Part shown: one piece after another, positions 52,537-62,411 of the stretch
Numbering within the stretch: the stretch's first letter is position 1
How the letters are laid out: each line of letters begins with the position of its first letter
Source: Dictyostelium discoideum
Lineage: Eukaryota
Assembly (NCBI GenBank): GCA_000004695.1
Contig: CM000153.2
Location: forward strand, 5,088,001 to 5,152,000
Length of the DNA stretch: 64,000 bases
Direction of reading: 5' to 3'
Notes under the pieces: model-generated
What the model saw: the letters and a program-made list of their open reading frames with translations, nothing else
What the model was told of the DNA's origin: nothing
Databases searched by the model: none
Position numbers and translations under genes: made by a program

Positions 52537-53493
52537 ATGAATAAATTAATTTCATTCTTATTAGTATCATTATTTTTAGTTGCTGTAGCTTCTGCTCAAA
52601 CCAGCTACCCAAATCTCCCAACTGAATTCACTGCCGATGTTGAAATTCAAGTTGAAACCTCTCAATCACCATTCCCAATGCCATCAATCAGTGGTACTAT
52701 GTATTATGCTTACCAAAAGAGAGTCCAAAGAATGGATTCAACCGATCCAATGTTTGGTCAAACCGTTACTACCCTCGACCGTTATGATCAAATGAACGAA
52801 TATAACTTTGCTTCTGGTGATTGCAAATGTTCACCAATCTCTGGTGATATGCCACTCTATACCGTCTTACCAGGTAGCACTTATCAAGGTCAATCAAATG
52901 TCAATGGTGTTGAAAGTGACCAATGGATGTTCTCTTTATCACCATCTGTCAACATTTCACTCTTTGTTGACCCAACTCGTGAAATTTTAACTCAAGCTGT
53001 TATGCTTGTCAGCCAACAAGGTACCACTATGACCACCACCATCACCTTCTCAAATGTTAACACCAACTCAATCTCTGATGATATCTTTGAAGTCCCAGCA
53101 TACTGTCAATGCCCAACCCCAGCCCCACCAGTTATCCCACCAGCTAATGCTTGTCCAGGTAACCCACCATCTGGTTGTAATTGTGCACCAGCCTTAAGCT
53201 TCTGTTCTGAAGTTAACTATCCAATCGATTCATCTGATGCTCCATCAGTCGATGCTATGATCGAACAAACTTTCAATAACTTTGTTTCATTCGCTCAACC
53301 AACTGCTGCTTGTGCTTCAAACATGAAAAGCTTTTTATGTGCAACTTTATTCCCCCTCTGTACTGGTTCAATTATCCCAGTTTTACCATGTGCTAACCTT
53401 TGCCCAAGCTGTAGCTGTGGTGCTGGTAACAATACCTGTGCTGCTGCTTTACCAAATACCGTCTGTACTCAATATGGTAATGGTTTCTGTTAA
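52537..53493 (+). CDS. Secreted protein with a C-terminal Frizzled-type cysteine-rich domain (CRD) and no 7TM region, 318 aa
   Basis: Seen in sequence: signal peptide 'MNKLISFLLVSLFLVAVASA'. The C-terminal 'AACASNMKSFLCATLFPLCTGSIIPVLPCANLCPSC' matches the Fz CRD core 'F[LF]C[AS]xxxPxC...PC..LC'. There are 10+ Cys. Codon usage is GC3-biased (acc, ggt, tct, ttc), typical of highly expressed Dictyostelium genes. Confidence 0.55.
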   Translation: MNKLISFLLVSLFLVAVASAQTSYPNLPTEFTADVEIQVETSQSPFPMPSISGTMYYAYQKRVQRMDSTDPMFGQTVTTLDRYDQMNEYNFASGDCKCSPISGDMPLYTVLPGSTYQGQSNVNGVESDQWMFSLSPSVNISLFVDPTREILTQAVMLVSQQGTTMTTTITFSNVNTNSISDDIFEVPAYCQCPTPAPPVIPPANACPGNPPSGCNCAPALSFCSEVNYPIDSSDAPSVDAMIEQTFNNFVSFAQPTAACASNMKSFLCATLFPLCTGSIIPVLPCANLCPSCSCGAGNNTCAAALPNTVCTQYGNGFC

Positions 53494-54081
53494 ATAAATA
53501 AATAAATAAAATATCTATAAACCTAAAACAAATTATTTATAAAAAAGTCATAAGGAGAACGTTTTATTTTTTTTTTTATTTTTAAAATTTTTTTTTTTTT
53601 TTATTTTTTTAAACAAATAGTGGAAATGAATTAAATAGTATCCAATAATAATAGCAGTAGCAATGACAATCAAATTAAATAATCATTTTCATCATAAGAT
53701 TTGTATTCCCATCATAGACGTTTTAGTGATTATAGTGTGACATGGTAATGAAATAATATCAGCAATAGAAAAAGGAATACAAATCAATATTGATTTGCTG
53801 TAGATCAAATTGTTTAAAAAAATAATAAAATTTTTATTTTTCACGCTAGTACCCAATATGGTAATGGTTTCTGTTAAATTTAATAAATATTTGAATTATA
53901 TCAATTATATTAAATATTACTTTTTTGGAAAATGTTTTCAATTAAAATAGTCCATAAATTCTTAATATTAAAAAAAAAATAAACAAATTTAATTATTTAT
54001 GTAAAAAAACAAATGTAATTATTATAGTTATTAATTTTTTAAATCTTTATTAATTTTTTAAATCTTTATATTATAATTTTT

Positions 54082-54278
54082 TTAATGTAAACCAATTGGT
54101 TTATATTGACTATCTCTTTTAATTTTTCTTGCAATTAAAACAACAACAACTGATATTATAATAACAGCACCAATAACACCAAGAGAGATTCCAATTTTTT
54201 CAGCTTTTGTTAAAACATGTGGAGAATTTCCTTTTGAGGTTGGTTGACTGGTTGAACTTGAACATTGAACATTTTCAA

Positions 54279-54309
<31 letters not shown>

Positions 54310-55794
54310 GTTGATATTAAATTTGATATTACATGAATTCTTATCAGAAAGGCAATTGATACCATAATTATTATAATCACTTGTTTTTTGAACATTTAAA
54401 AAAACAGTTGAATTTATAGTTATGTTTGAAGAACCACAAAATATATTTGAACCATTACCATTTATTAGTGGTGAACCATCAATTTTATTATCAATAAATT
54501 TAACATTATTAATAGAAATAGTGCAATTTAAATTATAAATTGAACCACCTAAACCATTTTTAGCAAAATTTTCATTAAAAATTGTATTGGAAATGGTTAA
54601 ATAATTACTACTTTGATTTGTACCACATTGATCTATATAAATTGCACCACCATTTTGAGCATGATTATTTGTAAAAGTACAATTGTTGATAGTTGCTTGG
54701 TTATTCAATAGTGTGATTGCACCACCAACATTATTAATGTAGTTATTAATATTGTTATTTTCAAATGAACATGAATCAATTACTGATTGACCTCCATTCT
54801 TTAGTAAAATAGGTAAAGTGTTTAAAGTATTAACAAAGTTACAAGATGAAAATGAACTCGTTGCACTTGAGTCACCAGATATTTGAATGACAATTCCACC
54901 ATATGTATCAGTGACATTAACATTACTAAATTTGAAAACTGGTATACTTGGAGTAGTTGTAGAAGTATTGTTGTTATTATTGGTTTTAATTAGATAAATT
55001 GAATTATTTGAACTACCACCAGTAATAATTGTATTGGAAATTGACAAGAAACCATTATTGATCATTAATATACTACCAATATCATTGGAAACAAAATTTA
55101 AAATATTTGAATCTTCAATTGTAAAAATAATTGGTATGCCATCACTATAAATAATACCACCAACTGCATTCACAAGTTTAGTGTTGTTAAATGTTGATTG
55201 AATGATTGAAACGGTACTATTTTTAGTTGATGAAGGTGAAGGTAATGGTAAATTATTTTTTAAAAATGCAAAAGTTCCACCTACATGATAAGCAGCGTTT
55301 CTGTAAAATGAGCATTTTGTAACTGATAAATTTATTAAACTTGAACCATTCACTAATACAACAGATCCATCAGATAAACCATTCTTAAATGTTATACCAT
55401 AAAAAGTAATATTATTTACATCTAGATTACTCTTTATTTGAATATTTATAAATGGGTCTATTAATTCTGTTAAATCTAAAAATACATTTGGTGCAATAAT
55501 ATCTGGTGAGGCTGAATTTATTATTGAAATGGTTTTATTTGTAATTTCACCAAATGTTGTTTTTTCAACATTATAATACCCTGGACTGATTGTCATTAAC
55601 ATTTCAGAGAATTGGCCACAATTTGAAATTGACTGTGAAATTGTTGAACAAGGATTATCTGATGTTCCACAATCATTTGAATCTGAATTTGAATCTGAAT
55701 TAACAAAAGTATTACAAACCTGACAATTTACAAAGCCAATTAAAAAATTTATAATAATAATTAAAAAAAACAATAAGTAATTGTTTTTCTTCAT
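54082..55794 (-). CDS. Type I membrane protein with a parallel beta-helix / Chlamydia PMP-like (GGAI..FxxN) repeat ectodomain, 570 aa
   Basis: Seen in sequence: signal peptide 'LLFFLIIIINFLIGFVNC'. Repeated 'GGAIYIDQ', 'GGSIYNLNCTISINNVKFIDN', 'GGIIYSDG', 'GGAITLLNNQATINNCTFTNNHA' and 'GGTFAFL' fit the PMP/pectate-lyase-like beta-helix repeat signature. A single C-terminal TM 'IGISLGVIGAVIIISVVVVLIA' is followed by the basic stop-transfer 'RKIKRD'. Confidence 0.65.
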
Positions 55795-56134
55795 TTTTTT
55801 TATATTATAATATGTAAATAAAATATTTTTTTTTTAAAAAAAAAAAACAAAAAAAAAAAAAAAATAAAAAAAATAAAAAGAAAAAGAAAAAGAAGATTTT
55901 TTTTTTTTTTTTTGATAATTTTTGATATTTATAGATTTTTTTTTTAAAAAAAAAATGACGTGGTAATCAAAATTGGTAAAAAACAATTATTTAATTAAAT
56001 TTGTTTTTAATATGGATTCAATATAGATAAATAGAGCACCCAAAAATACACAAAAGGATATAAAATATAAAAAAAAAAAAAAAAAAAAGTATAAAAATTA
56101 AATCATTTCGATTAAAATTAATTTCTCTTTTATT

Positions 56135-57250
56135 TTATGCATAGTTGACTGTAGAAGTAATTAATTCATTTGTTAAAAATGTTGCATAGGAAAAAGGAAA
56201 GCTCTTATATAATTTTCTATATCCTTGAGTTTTTACTAAATTAGTTGCTATTGAGATTGGATTAGTTGACAATAAATTAACAGAATTACCAAGATAACGT
56301 TGAACGAATAAAAAAGACAATTGACAAAGAACTGTTTCGCATGGAACGATAGCCAACGTTCTTAAAAAGGTTTTAGCGTATATTGATTTAATTATGAGTG
56401 TTGAATTTCTCCAAAATGTTGATTTTGGATTCTCTAATGATTTAGATTCGACATATTCAATTAATATATTATGTAATTTATTTACAATACCCTTTATAAG
56501 TCTACCTGTAGTATGCATCGCAACTGATGAAATAAAAGCGTAGGCTTCATTTTTAAAATTTAATTTTCCAGTTACCCCATCTTGACAAAGTACAACTTTT
56601 TTAATTAATTCCAAAAATGATAGTTTGTTGGCAGTTTGTATATAACATTCAAGTGAGAATGCAACAAATGATGTATAACACCATAGAATTTCATCCATTA
56701 ATTTACCCATTGTTGAGGATGGATAGATTAATTCATCCTTTAATTTAAAAAGTGGTCGTAGTAAGGAAGGAGCAAAGGTTTGTGCTAAAATGATTTTACC
56801 TAATGAAAATGCATTATTATTTCTATTGAATGATTGAAGAACTCCAAGTGAGTTAGAATAACTTGGAGTTGTATTTATAACAAATGAAGCTATTTTAAAT
56901 CTTGCTGCTAAAATTCCCATAATTGAGAGTAGGGTATGATTTTTTTGATTTAATGATTTAAAGTATTCAAGTTCAAAGGTGACCATCTCATCATGTATTT
57001 CTCTATCATAATAATCCCTTAACCTTTTATCTGAAATTACTGAATAGGCCGCATCGAAACTCTCTGTTTTTTGTTTATCATTTTCGAAATTACTTCAAAC
57101 TTTTTTATTTAAATGAGCAATTTTATCGATAGTATCTTCTTTTTTAACTCCTAAAAATCTATAAAGTTCACCACAATGACATTCATGTGTTGCATAAAAT
57201 ATTTTTACTTTATCTTCTTCAGTAATTGGAAAAATTTGTGTATCTTTCAT
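56135..57250 (-). pseudogene. J-like domain + divergent mitochondrial-carrier fusion gene, copy 1, interrupted by an in-frame TGA at about 57094-57096 (possible recent pseudogene)
   Basis: Seen in sequence: the reverse strand reads 'MKDTQIFPITEEDKVKIFYATHECHCGELYRFLGVKKEDTIDKIAHLNKKV*SNFENDKQKTESFDAAYSVISDKRLRDYYD...MVTFELEYFKS...'. It continues as ORF 56135..56986. The frame is otherwise uninterrupted and colinear with copies 2 and 3. TGA replaces the Lys/Arg codon, AAA or AGA, of the paralogs. Confidence 0.55.
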
Positions 57251-57532
57251 TTATTTATTTATTTTTTTTTTTTTTTTTTTTTTGTTTAAATTATAATGTA
57301 TAATAATAATGATTCTGTTTTTTTTTTAGATATTTTTTGGAAAATTGAGTTGATTTTTTTAAAAAAATAAAACCATCATCATAATTTGTTGTAATCATAA
57401 TTAGTTAATAGAAAAATAAAAAAAGAGGGTTACACTCTTATTAAAAAGTACTCAAAATCATTTTAATTTTAAAGTTTAAAGAAAATTAATTTTATTATTT
57501 ATTTTTAGGTTTATTATTATTATTTTAAAAAA

Positions 57533-58657
57533 TTAAAGGTCTGTTGATATATTAGAAATAAGGTATTCTTCTAATAAAAGGGAGATATAAGAAAATGGTA
57601 AAGATTTATATAATTTTCTATATCCTTGAGATTTTACTAAATCAACTGCTAATGAGATTGGATTGATTGATAATGATAGAGTTGGTTTACCAAGATAACG
57701 TTGAACATATAAATAAGAGTATTGAGAATGAATTGCTTCATATGGAACGAGGAACAATGACATAAAAATACTTTTAACGTATATTGATTTAATTATGAGT
57801 GAGTTTCTCCAAAATGTTGAATTTGGATTCTCTAATGATTTCGACTCAACATATGCTTCAACTTTATTATAACCAATTCTTAAGAGTCTACTTAATGCGT
57901 ACATTCCAAATGATGAAATAAAAGTGTAGGCTACATTTTTAAAATTTAATTTTCTAGTTACCCCATCTTGACAAAGTACCACTTTTTTAACTACTTCCAA
58001 AAACGATAAATTGTGTGCAGTTTGCATATAACAATCAAGTGGGAAGGTTATAATAAATGTAGAGAGATAGGAAACAATTTCATCTGTTAATTTACCAACC
58101 ATTGAGAATGAATAGGTGTATTTATCCTTCAATATAAAAAGTGGTTGAATTATCATTGCAAGAGTTGAAGGAAGCATTGCTTGTGTCAAAACGATTTTAC
58201 CTAATGAAAATGCACTATGTTTTTTAATGAAAGATCTGAGAATTTGAAGTGAACTAATTGATGGTGGACTTGGAGTTGTATTTATTACAAGTGAGATTAT
58301 TTCCAATGGTGCTAATAAAGCTCCAATTGTTGAGAGTAGGGTTTGATTTTTTTGATTTAATGATTGAAAATATTTAAGTTCTTCTCTAACCATATCATCA
58401 TACAATTTTTCATCATAGTAATCTCTTAATCTTTTATCTGAAATTATTTCATATGCTGCATCCAAGCTGGCCGTGACTATTTCATCATTTTTAAAATTAC
58501 TTTTAATTTCTTTATATGTATGAGCAATTTTATCAATAGTATCTTCTTTTTTAACTCCTAAAAATCTATAAAGTTCACCACATTTATGATACTGAATTGC
58601 ATAACAAATTTTTTTAACATCTTCGATAGTAATTGGGAAAATTTGTGAATCTTTCAT
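57533..58657 (-). CDS. J-like domain (no HPD) fused to a divergent three-repeat mitochondrial carrier family (MCF/SLC25-like) domain, copy 2, 374 aa
   Basis: Seen in sequence: the N-terminal 'GELYRFLGVKKEDTIDKIAHTYKEIKSNFKNDE..ASLDAAYEIISDKRLRDYYDEKLY' aligns with J-domain helices II-III (DYYEILGV...EIKKAYRKLA.KYHPD...EAYEVLSD..KR..YD). 'FKND' stands in place of HPD. There are three MCF-like repeats: 'ALLAPLEIISLVINT...FSLGKIVL', 'ITFPLDCYMQTAHN..VVLCQDGVTRKLNF' and 'FLVPYEAIHSQYSYL...DLVKSQGYRKLYKSLPFSYISLL' (cf. Px[DE]xx[KR] ... EGxxxLYKGxxPxxxR). Confidence 0.7.
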   Translation of the reverse strand: MKDSQIFPITIEDVKKICYAIQYHKCGELYRFLGVKKEDTIDKIAHTYKEIKSNFKNDEIVTASLDAAYEIISDKRLRDYYDEKLYDDMVREELKYFQSLNQKNQTLLSTIGALLAPLEIISLVINTTPSPPSISSLQILRSFIKKHSAFSLGKIVLTQAMLPSTLAMIIQPLFILKDKYTYSFSMVGKLTDEIVSYLSTFIITFPLDCYMQTAHNLSFLEVVKKVVLCQDGVTRKLNFKNVAYTFISSFGMYALSRLLRIGYNKVEAYVESKSLENPNSTFWRNSLIIKSIYVKSIFMSLFLVPYEAIHSQYSYLYVQRYLGKPTLSLSINPISLAVDLVKSQGYRKLYKSLPFSYISLLLEEYLISNISTDL

Positions 58658-59351
58658 TTGTTTTTATTTAATGTTAATAATAATTGATTTATTTTCTTTT
58701 TTTTTTGATTAAAAGTGAAAATAAAAAAAAAAAAAATTTTTTGTTTTTTATTAGATATTTCCCAAAAAAAAGATATTTATGTGGGGTAAGCCATAATTTA
58801 TTTTATTTTTTTTTTAAAAATTAAAAACAAAAAAAAAAAAAAAGAATTGTTGTGGAAATAGAGATAAATTAATTAAAAAAAAAAAAAAAAAAATTAAATG
58901 ATTTTGAAAGGGAAACAATAGTTTTACTTGATTGATAAAAGGAAAATGATAAATAAGGTAATGATAACTCGAGTGATGAAAAAATTACTTTAAAAGAGAA
59001 TGAAGATTATGTTATCAATCAAGAACAAGACAAGAAGAAATCATGGTTACTCGAGATATGGAAATTTAATGAAGATTTAGAATTCATATGACGGTAAAGA
59101 AGATGGTGTTTATTATGAAATGGACAAGATGGTGATGAAGAGGATGAAGAATTTAAATAATTATGTAAAAAATTATGTTTAATTCTAAAATGTGATTCAA
59201 AAAAATGCATTATTTCAATTCAATTTGAGTTTAACTTAATTTTTTTTATTTATTGCAATTTTTTTTTTTTTGTTTTTTATATTTTCTATTGTTTTTATAT
59301 ATTTTGAAATTTAATATTTCAGGAATTTTCCAAAGATGGATGGTAAAAATA

Positions 59352-59778
59352 TTAAACAGTATTGCAAGTCAAAACAGTTGAACCTTTGTTTGTTAAGGTT
59401 AATTCAAATCCTCCAAAACTACGGTCATATTCGCCAAAGTCATTAAATGTATCCTGTTCAGCTGGTGAGACTCCAGCTTGCATTTGAATTGTACCAACAC
59501 CACCCCCATCAACTTCACAATTAACAACTGTTGGTTTTGTTGCCCATGTTGGCTAAAAATATATAAAAAAATAAAAAAATAAAAAAAATAATAAATAAAA
59601 GGTTAGGATTTTAAAATGAAATAAATATATTATAAAATTTAATAAAATTTACAATTGATCCTTGAGATTGTCCTGGTTGTAAAGTCCATGGTCTAAATAA
59701 TAATAATTTTAGGTTATTTATTAGATACAATTTCAATTAAAAATGAAAATTTTTTTTATCTTTATATTACCCAGCCAT
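59352..59778 (-). CDS. Small three-exon gene (82 aa) with GC3-biased codons, missed by the ORF track: complement(join(59352..59552,59653..59692,59771..59778))
   Basis: Seen in sequence: 'aaaaaATGGCTGG|gtaata' gives exon 1, MAG. An 'ttatttag' acceptor leads to 'ACCATGGACTTTACAACCAGGACAATCTCAAGGATCAATT|gtaaat'. A 'ttttag' acceptor leads to 'CCAACATGGGCAACAAAACCAACAGTTGTTAATTGTGAAGTTGATGGGGGTGGTGTTGGTACAATTCAAATGCAAGCTGGAGTCTCACCAGCT...ACTTGCAATACTGTTTAA'. The protein is 'MAGPWTLQPGQSQGSIPTWATKPTVVNCEVDGGGVGTIQMQAGVSPAEQDTFNDFGEYDRSFGGFELTLTNKGSTVLTCNTV'. The lengths are 8+40+201 = 249 nt = 83 codons, with consistent phases. Confidence 0.5.
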
Positions 59779-60726
59779 TTTTTATTTAATTTTTTAATTT
59801 ATTTAGAAAATTTTAAGATGTTAGAAAATTTTATAATTATTTAATTTTTAATTATTTAATAAAAAAAAAAAAAAAAATTTAAATATTTTTTTTTTTTTTC
59901 TCAAAAAAAAAAATCAAATTTTAATTCTTAAAATAAATAATTAAAATTCAAACAATCTATTTTTTTTTGGGCATTATAAGAAAAGATTATTTTTTATTGT
60001 GATTTTGATAAGTAAGTTGGTTCTTCTCTAAACAAAAAATAGAAAAGAGGTTTTGTTTTTAAGTTTTCTCCACAAAATATTAAAAAAAAAAAAAAAAAAT
60101 TTATTTTTAACCAAAACTTTCCAAATTAGATTTTTTTTTTTGGGTGAATTTGGCAATTTTTTATTTTTTAAAAAAATTAAAATAAAAATAAAAAATGGTT
60201 GTAAACGTGTTGTTTAAATTGACTTTTAGTACTCTTTTTTTTTATTAATATTATTAAATAATTCCAATTTTTTATGGGCATTATTAGAATTTATTTTGTA
60301 AATATGGTAAAAATCATTTTTATGTTTTTTTTGTTTTTTTTTTTGTTTTTTTTTTTGACCAGTTAGGTGTCTCTTAATTATCCAAAAGTTTTTTTTTTTT
60401 TTTAAAAAAAGGCATTATTTGCAAATGATAATTCAAAAAATAAAATAAAAAATAAAAAAAAATAAATGCCACAATTTTAATTTGTTATGACTTTAAATTT
60501 ATTTTTTTCTTTTTTTTTATTTTTTATTTTTTATAATTTTTATGATTAATGCTTTTAACAAAATACCACAATTTAGAAACACTTTTAAATATTTATTTTA
60601 ATTTGATTTTGCTTGGAACTGGTTTTAATTTTTTGTGATAATAAATATTCACTTAAAAAAAAAGTTTCACAATCTTTATTATAATATACTAATAAATCCT
60701 TGTTTTTTTATTTATTAATTTTAAAT

Positions 60727-61869
60727 TTATTCTGAATATTCTAAATCTCCTTTTAAAAAAGAGTATACAAATCCTTCCAATAAATGTATTAAATAGGAAA
60801 ATGGTAAAGATTTATATAATTTTTTAAATCCTTGGGTTTTTACTAAATCAACTGCTAATGAGATTGGATTGTTTGTTAATATTTGAACTGGGTTACCAAG
60901 ATAACGTTGAACATATAAATAAGAGTATTGAGAATTAATTGCTTCAAGTGGGGCTAGAACCAATGACATTAAAATACTTTTAACGTATACTGATTTAATT
61001 AAGAGTGCGTTTCTCCAAATTGCTGAATTTGGATTCTCCACTGATTTCGATTCGATATATCCTTCCAATTTATCAACTCCAATTCTTAAAGTTTTACTTA
61101 ACACATAAATTCCAAATGACGAAATAAAAGTGTGGGCTAAATTTTTAAAATTGAATTTTCCAGTCACCCCATCTTGACAAAGTACAACTTTTTTAATCAC
61201 TTCAAAAAATGATAAATACTTTACAGTTTGTACATAACATTCAATTGGAAATATAACAATGAATGATGAAAAGTAGTTTATAATTTCATCTGTAATTTTA
61301 CCGGTTTTAGAGAATGGATATGCGAATTTATCTTTTAATCTGTAAAGTTGTTGTTGAACCAATATTCCAATAGTTGATGGAAGAACTGCTTGTGCTAAAA
61401 AGATTTTACCCACTGATAAAAACCCATTATTTTTAAAGAACGATTGAAGAATTTTCATTGAACTAACTGATGATGACGAATTTGGTGCAGTGTGTATAAT
61501 AACCGATACCATTTCCAATGGTGCCAAAGCAGTTCCAACCATACTGAGAAGAGCATTATTTCTTTTACTTATTGATTGATTATATTCAAGTTCTATTCTT
61601 ACCAACTCGTTATAAAAATTTTTATCATAGCAATCTCTTAATCTTTTATCTGAAATTATTGAATATGCCACATCTAAACGTTCAAGAGTCATTTTATCAT
61701 TTTCAAAATTACTTCTAATTTCTTTATATGTAAGAGCAATTTTATCAATAGTATATTCTTTTTTAACTCCTAAAAATCTATAAAGTTCACCACATTGACA
61801 ACCATCAAAGGCATAAATAATTTTATCAACATCCTCTTGAGTGATTTGAAAAATTTGTGTATCTTTCAT
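60727..61869 (-). CDS. J-like domain + divergent mitochondrial-carrier fusion, copy 3, 380 aa
   Basis: Seen in sequence: 'GELYRFLGVKKEYTIDKIALTYKEIRSNFENDK..LDVAYSIISDKRLRDCYD' (J-like). Three MCF-like repeats: 'ALAPLEMVSVIIHTAP..FLSVGKIFL', 'IVIFPIECYVQTVKY..VVLCQDGVTGKFNF' and 'VLAPLEAINSQYSYL..DLVKTQGFKKLYKSLPFSYLIHLL'. Colinear with copy 2 at about 60% identity. Confidence 0.7.
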   Translation of the reverse strand: MKDTQIFQITQEDVDKIIYAFDGCQCGELYRFLGVKKEYTIDKIALTYKEIRSNFENDKMTLERLDVAYSIISDKRLRDCYDKNFYNELVRIELEYNQSISKRNNALLSMVGTALAPLEMVSVIIHTAPNSSSSVSSMKILQSFFKNNGFLSVGKIFLAQAVLPSTIGILVQQQLYRLKDKFAYPFSKTGKITDEIINYFSSFIVIFPIECYVQTVKYLSFFEVIKKVVLCQDGVTGKFNFKNLAHTFISSFGIYVLSKTLRIGVDKLEGYIESKSVENPNSAIWRNALLIKSVYVKSILMSLVLAPLEAINSQYSYLYVQRYLGNPVQILTNNPISLAVDLVKTQGFKKLYKSLPFSYLIHLLEGFVYSFLKGDLEYSE

Positions 61870-62411
61870 TTGTTTCTTTAAATAACAATTTTCTTTTTCT
61901 TTTCTATTTTTTTTTTATTTATTTTCAAAAAAAAAATTTTGATATTCAATAAAGAAACAAAAAAAAAATTTTATATTGGTGAAAAAAAAAAAAAAAATAT
62001 CTTTCATAAAAAAAAAAATATCTTTTTAAATTGTCAAAAAAAAATATCTTTTAAAATTGTTTCATTATAAAAAATCATACTGAAAAACAAAACACAAGGC
62101 ATTTTTTTTTCTTTCTAAAACAAAACAGCACTATTTTTCTTTTTTTTCTTTTTTTTTGATTGTTTTTTTTTTGATTGTTTTTTTATTTATTTTTTTTTTT
62201 TTTTTTTAATGCAAATAAAAAAAATTAAATTCTATTTCTTTTTTTATTTTTTTTATTTTTGATTAAAAAAAAGAAAAAAAAGAAAATTTATATTTATAAA
62301 TTGTTTTATCTTTTATTTTAAAATAATAAATATTTTTTATTATTATTATTTATGTATTATTTAATTTACTATTTACCATTTACTATTTATTTATTATTTA
62401 TTGTTAAGTAA

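Noticed and set aside
59019-59210. 63-aa reverse-strand ORF in a moderately GC-containing patch with two XhoI-containing short direct repeats (58900-59200)
   Set aside because: Low-complexity Ser/His-rich translation without codon bias or splice partners. The GC patch may be a decayed fragment, but I could not support any gene model.
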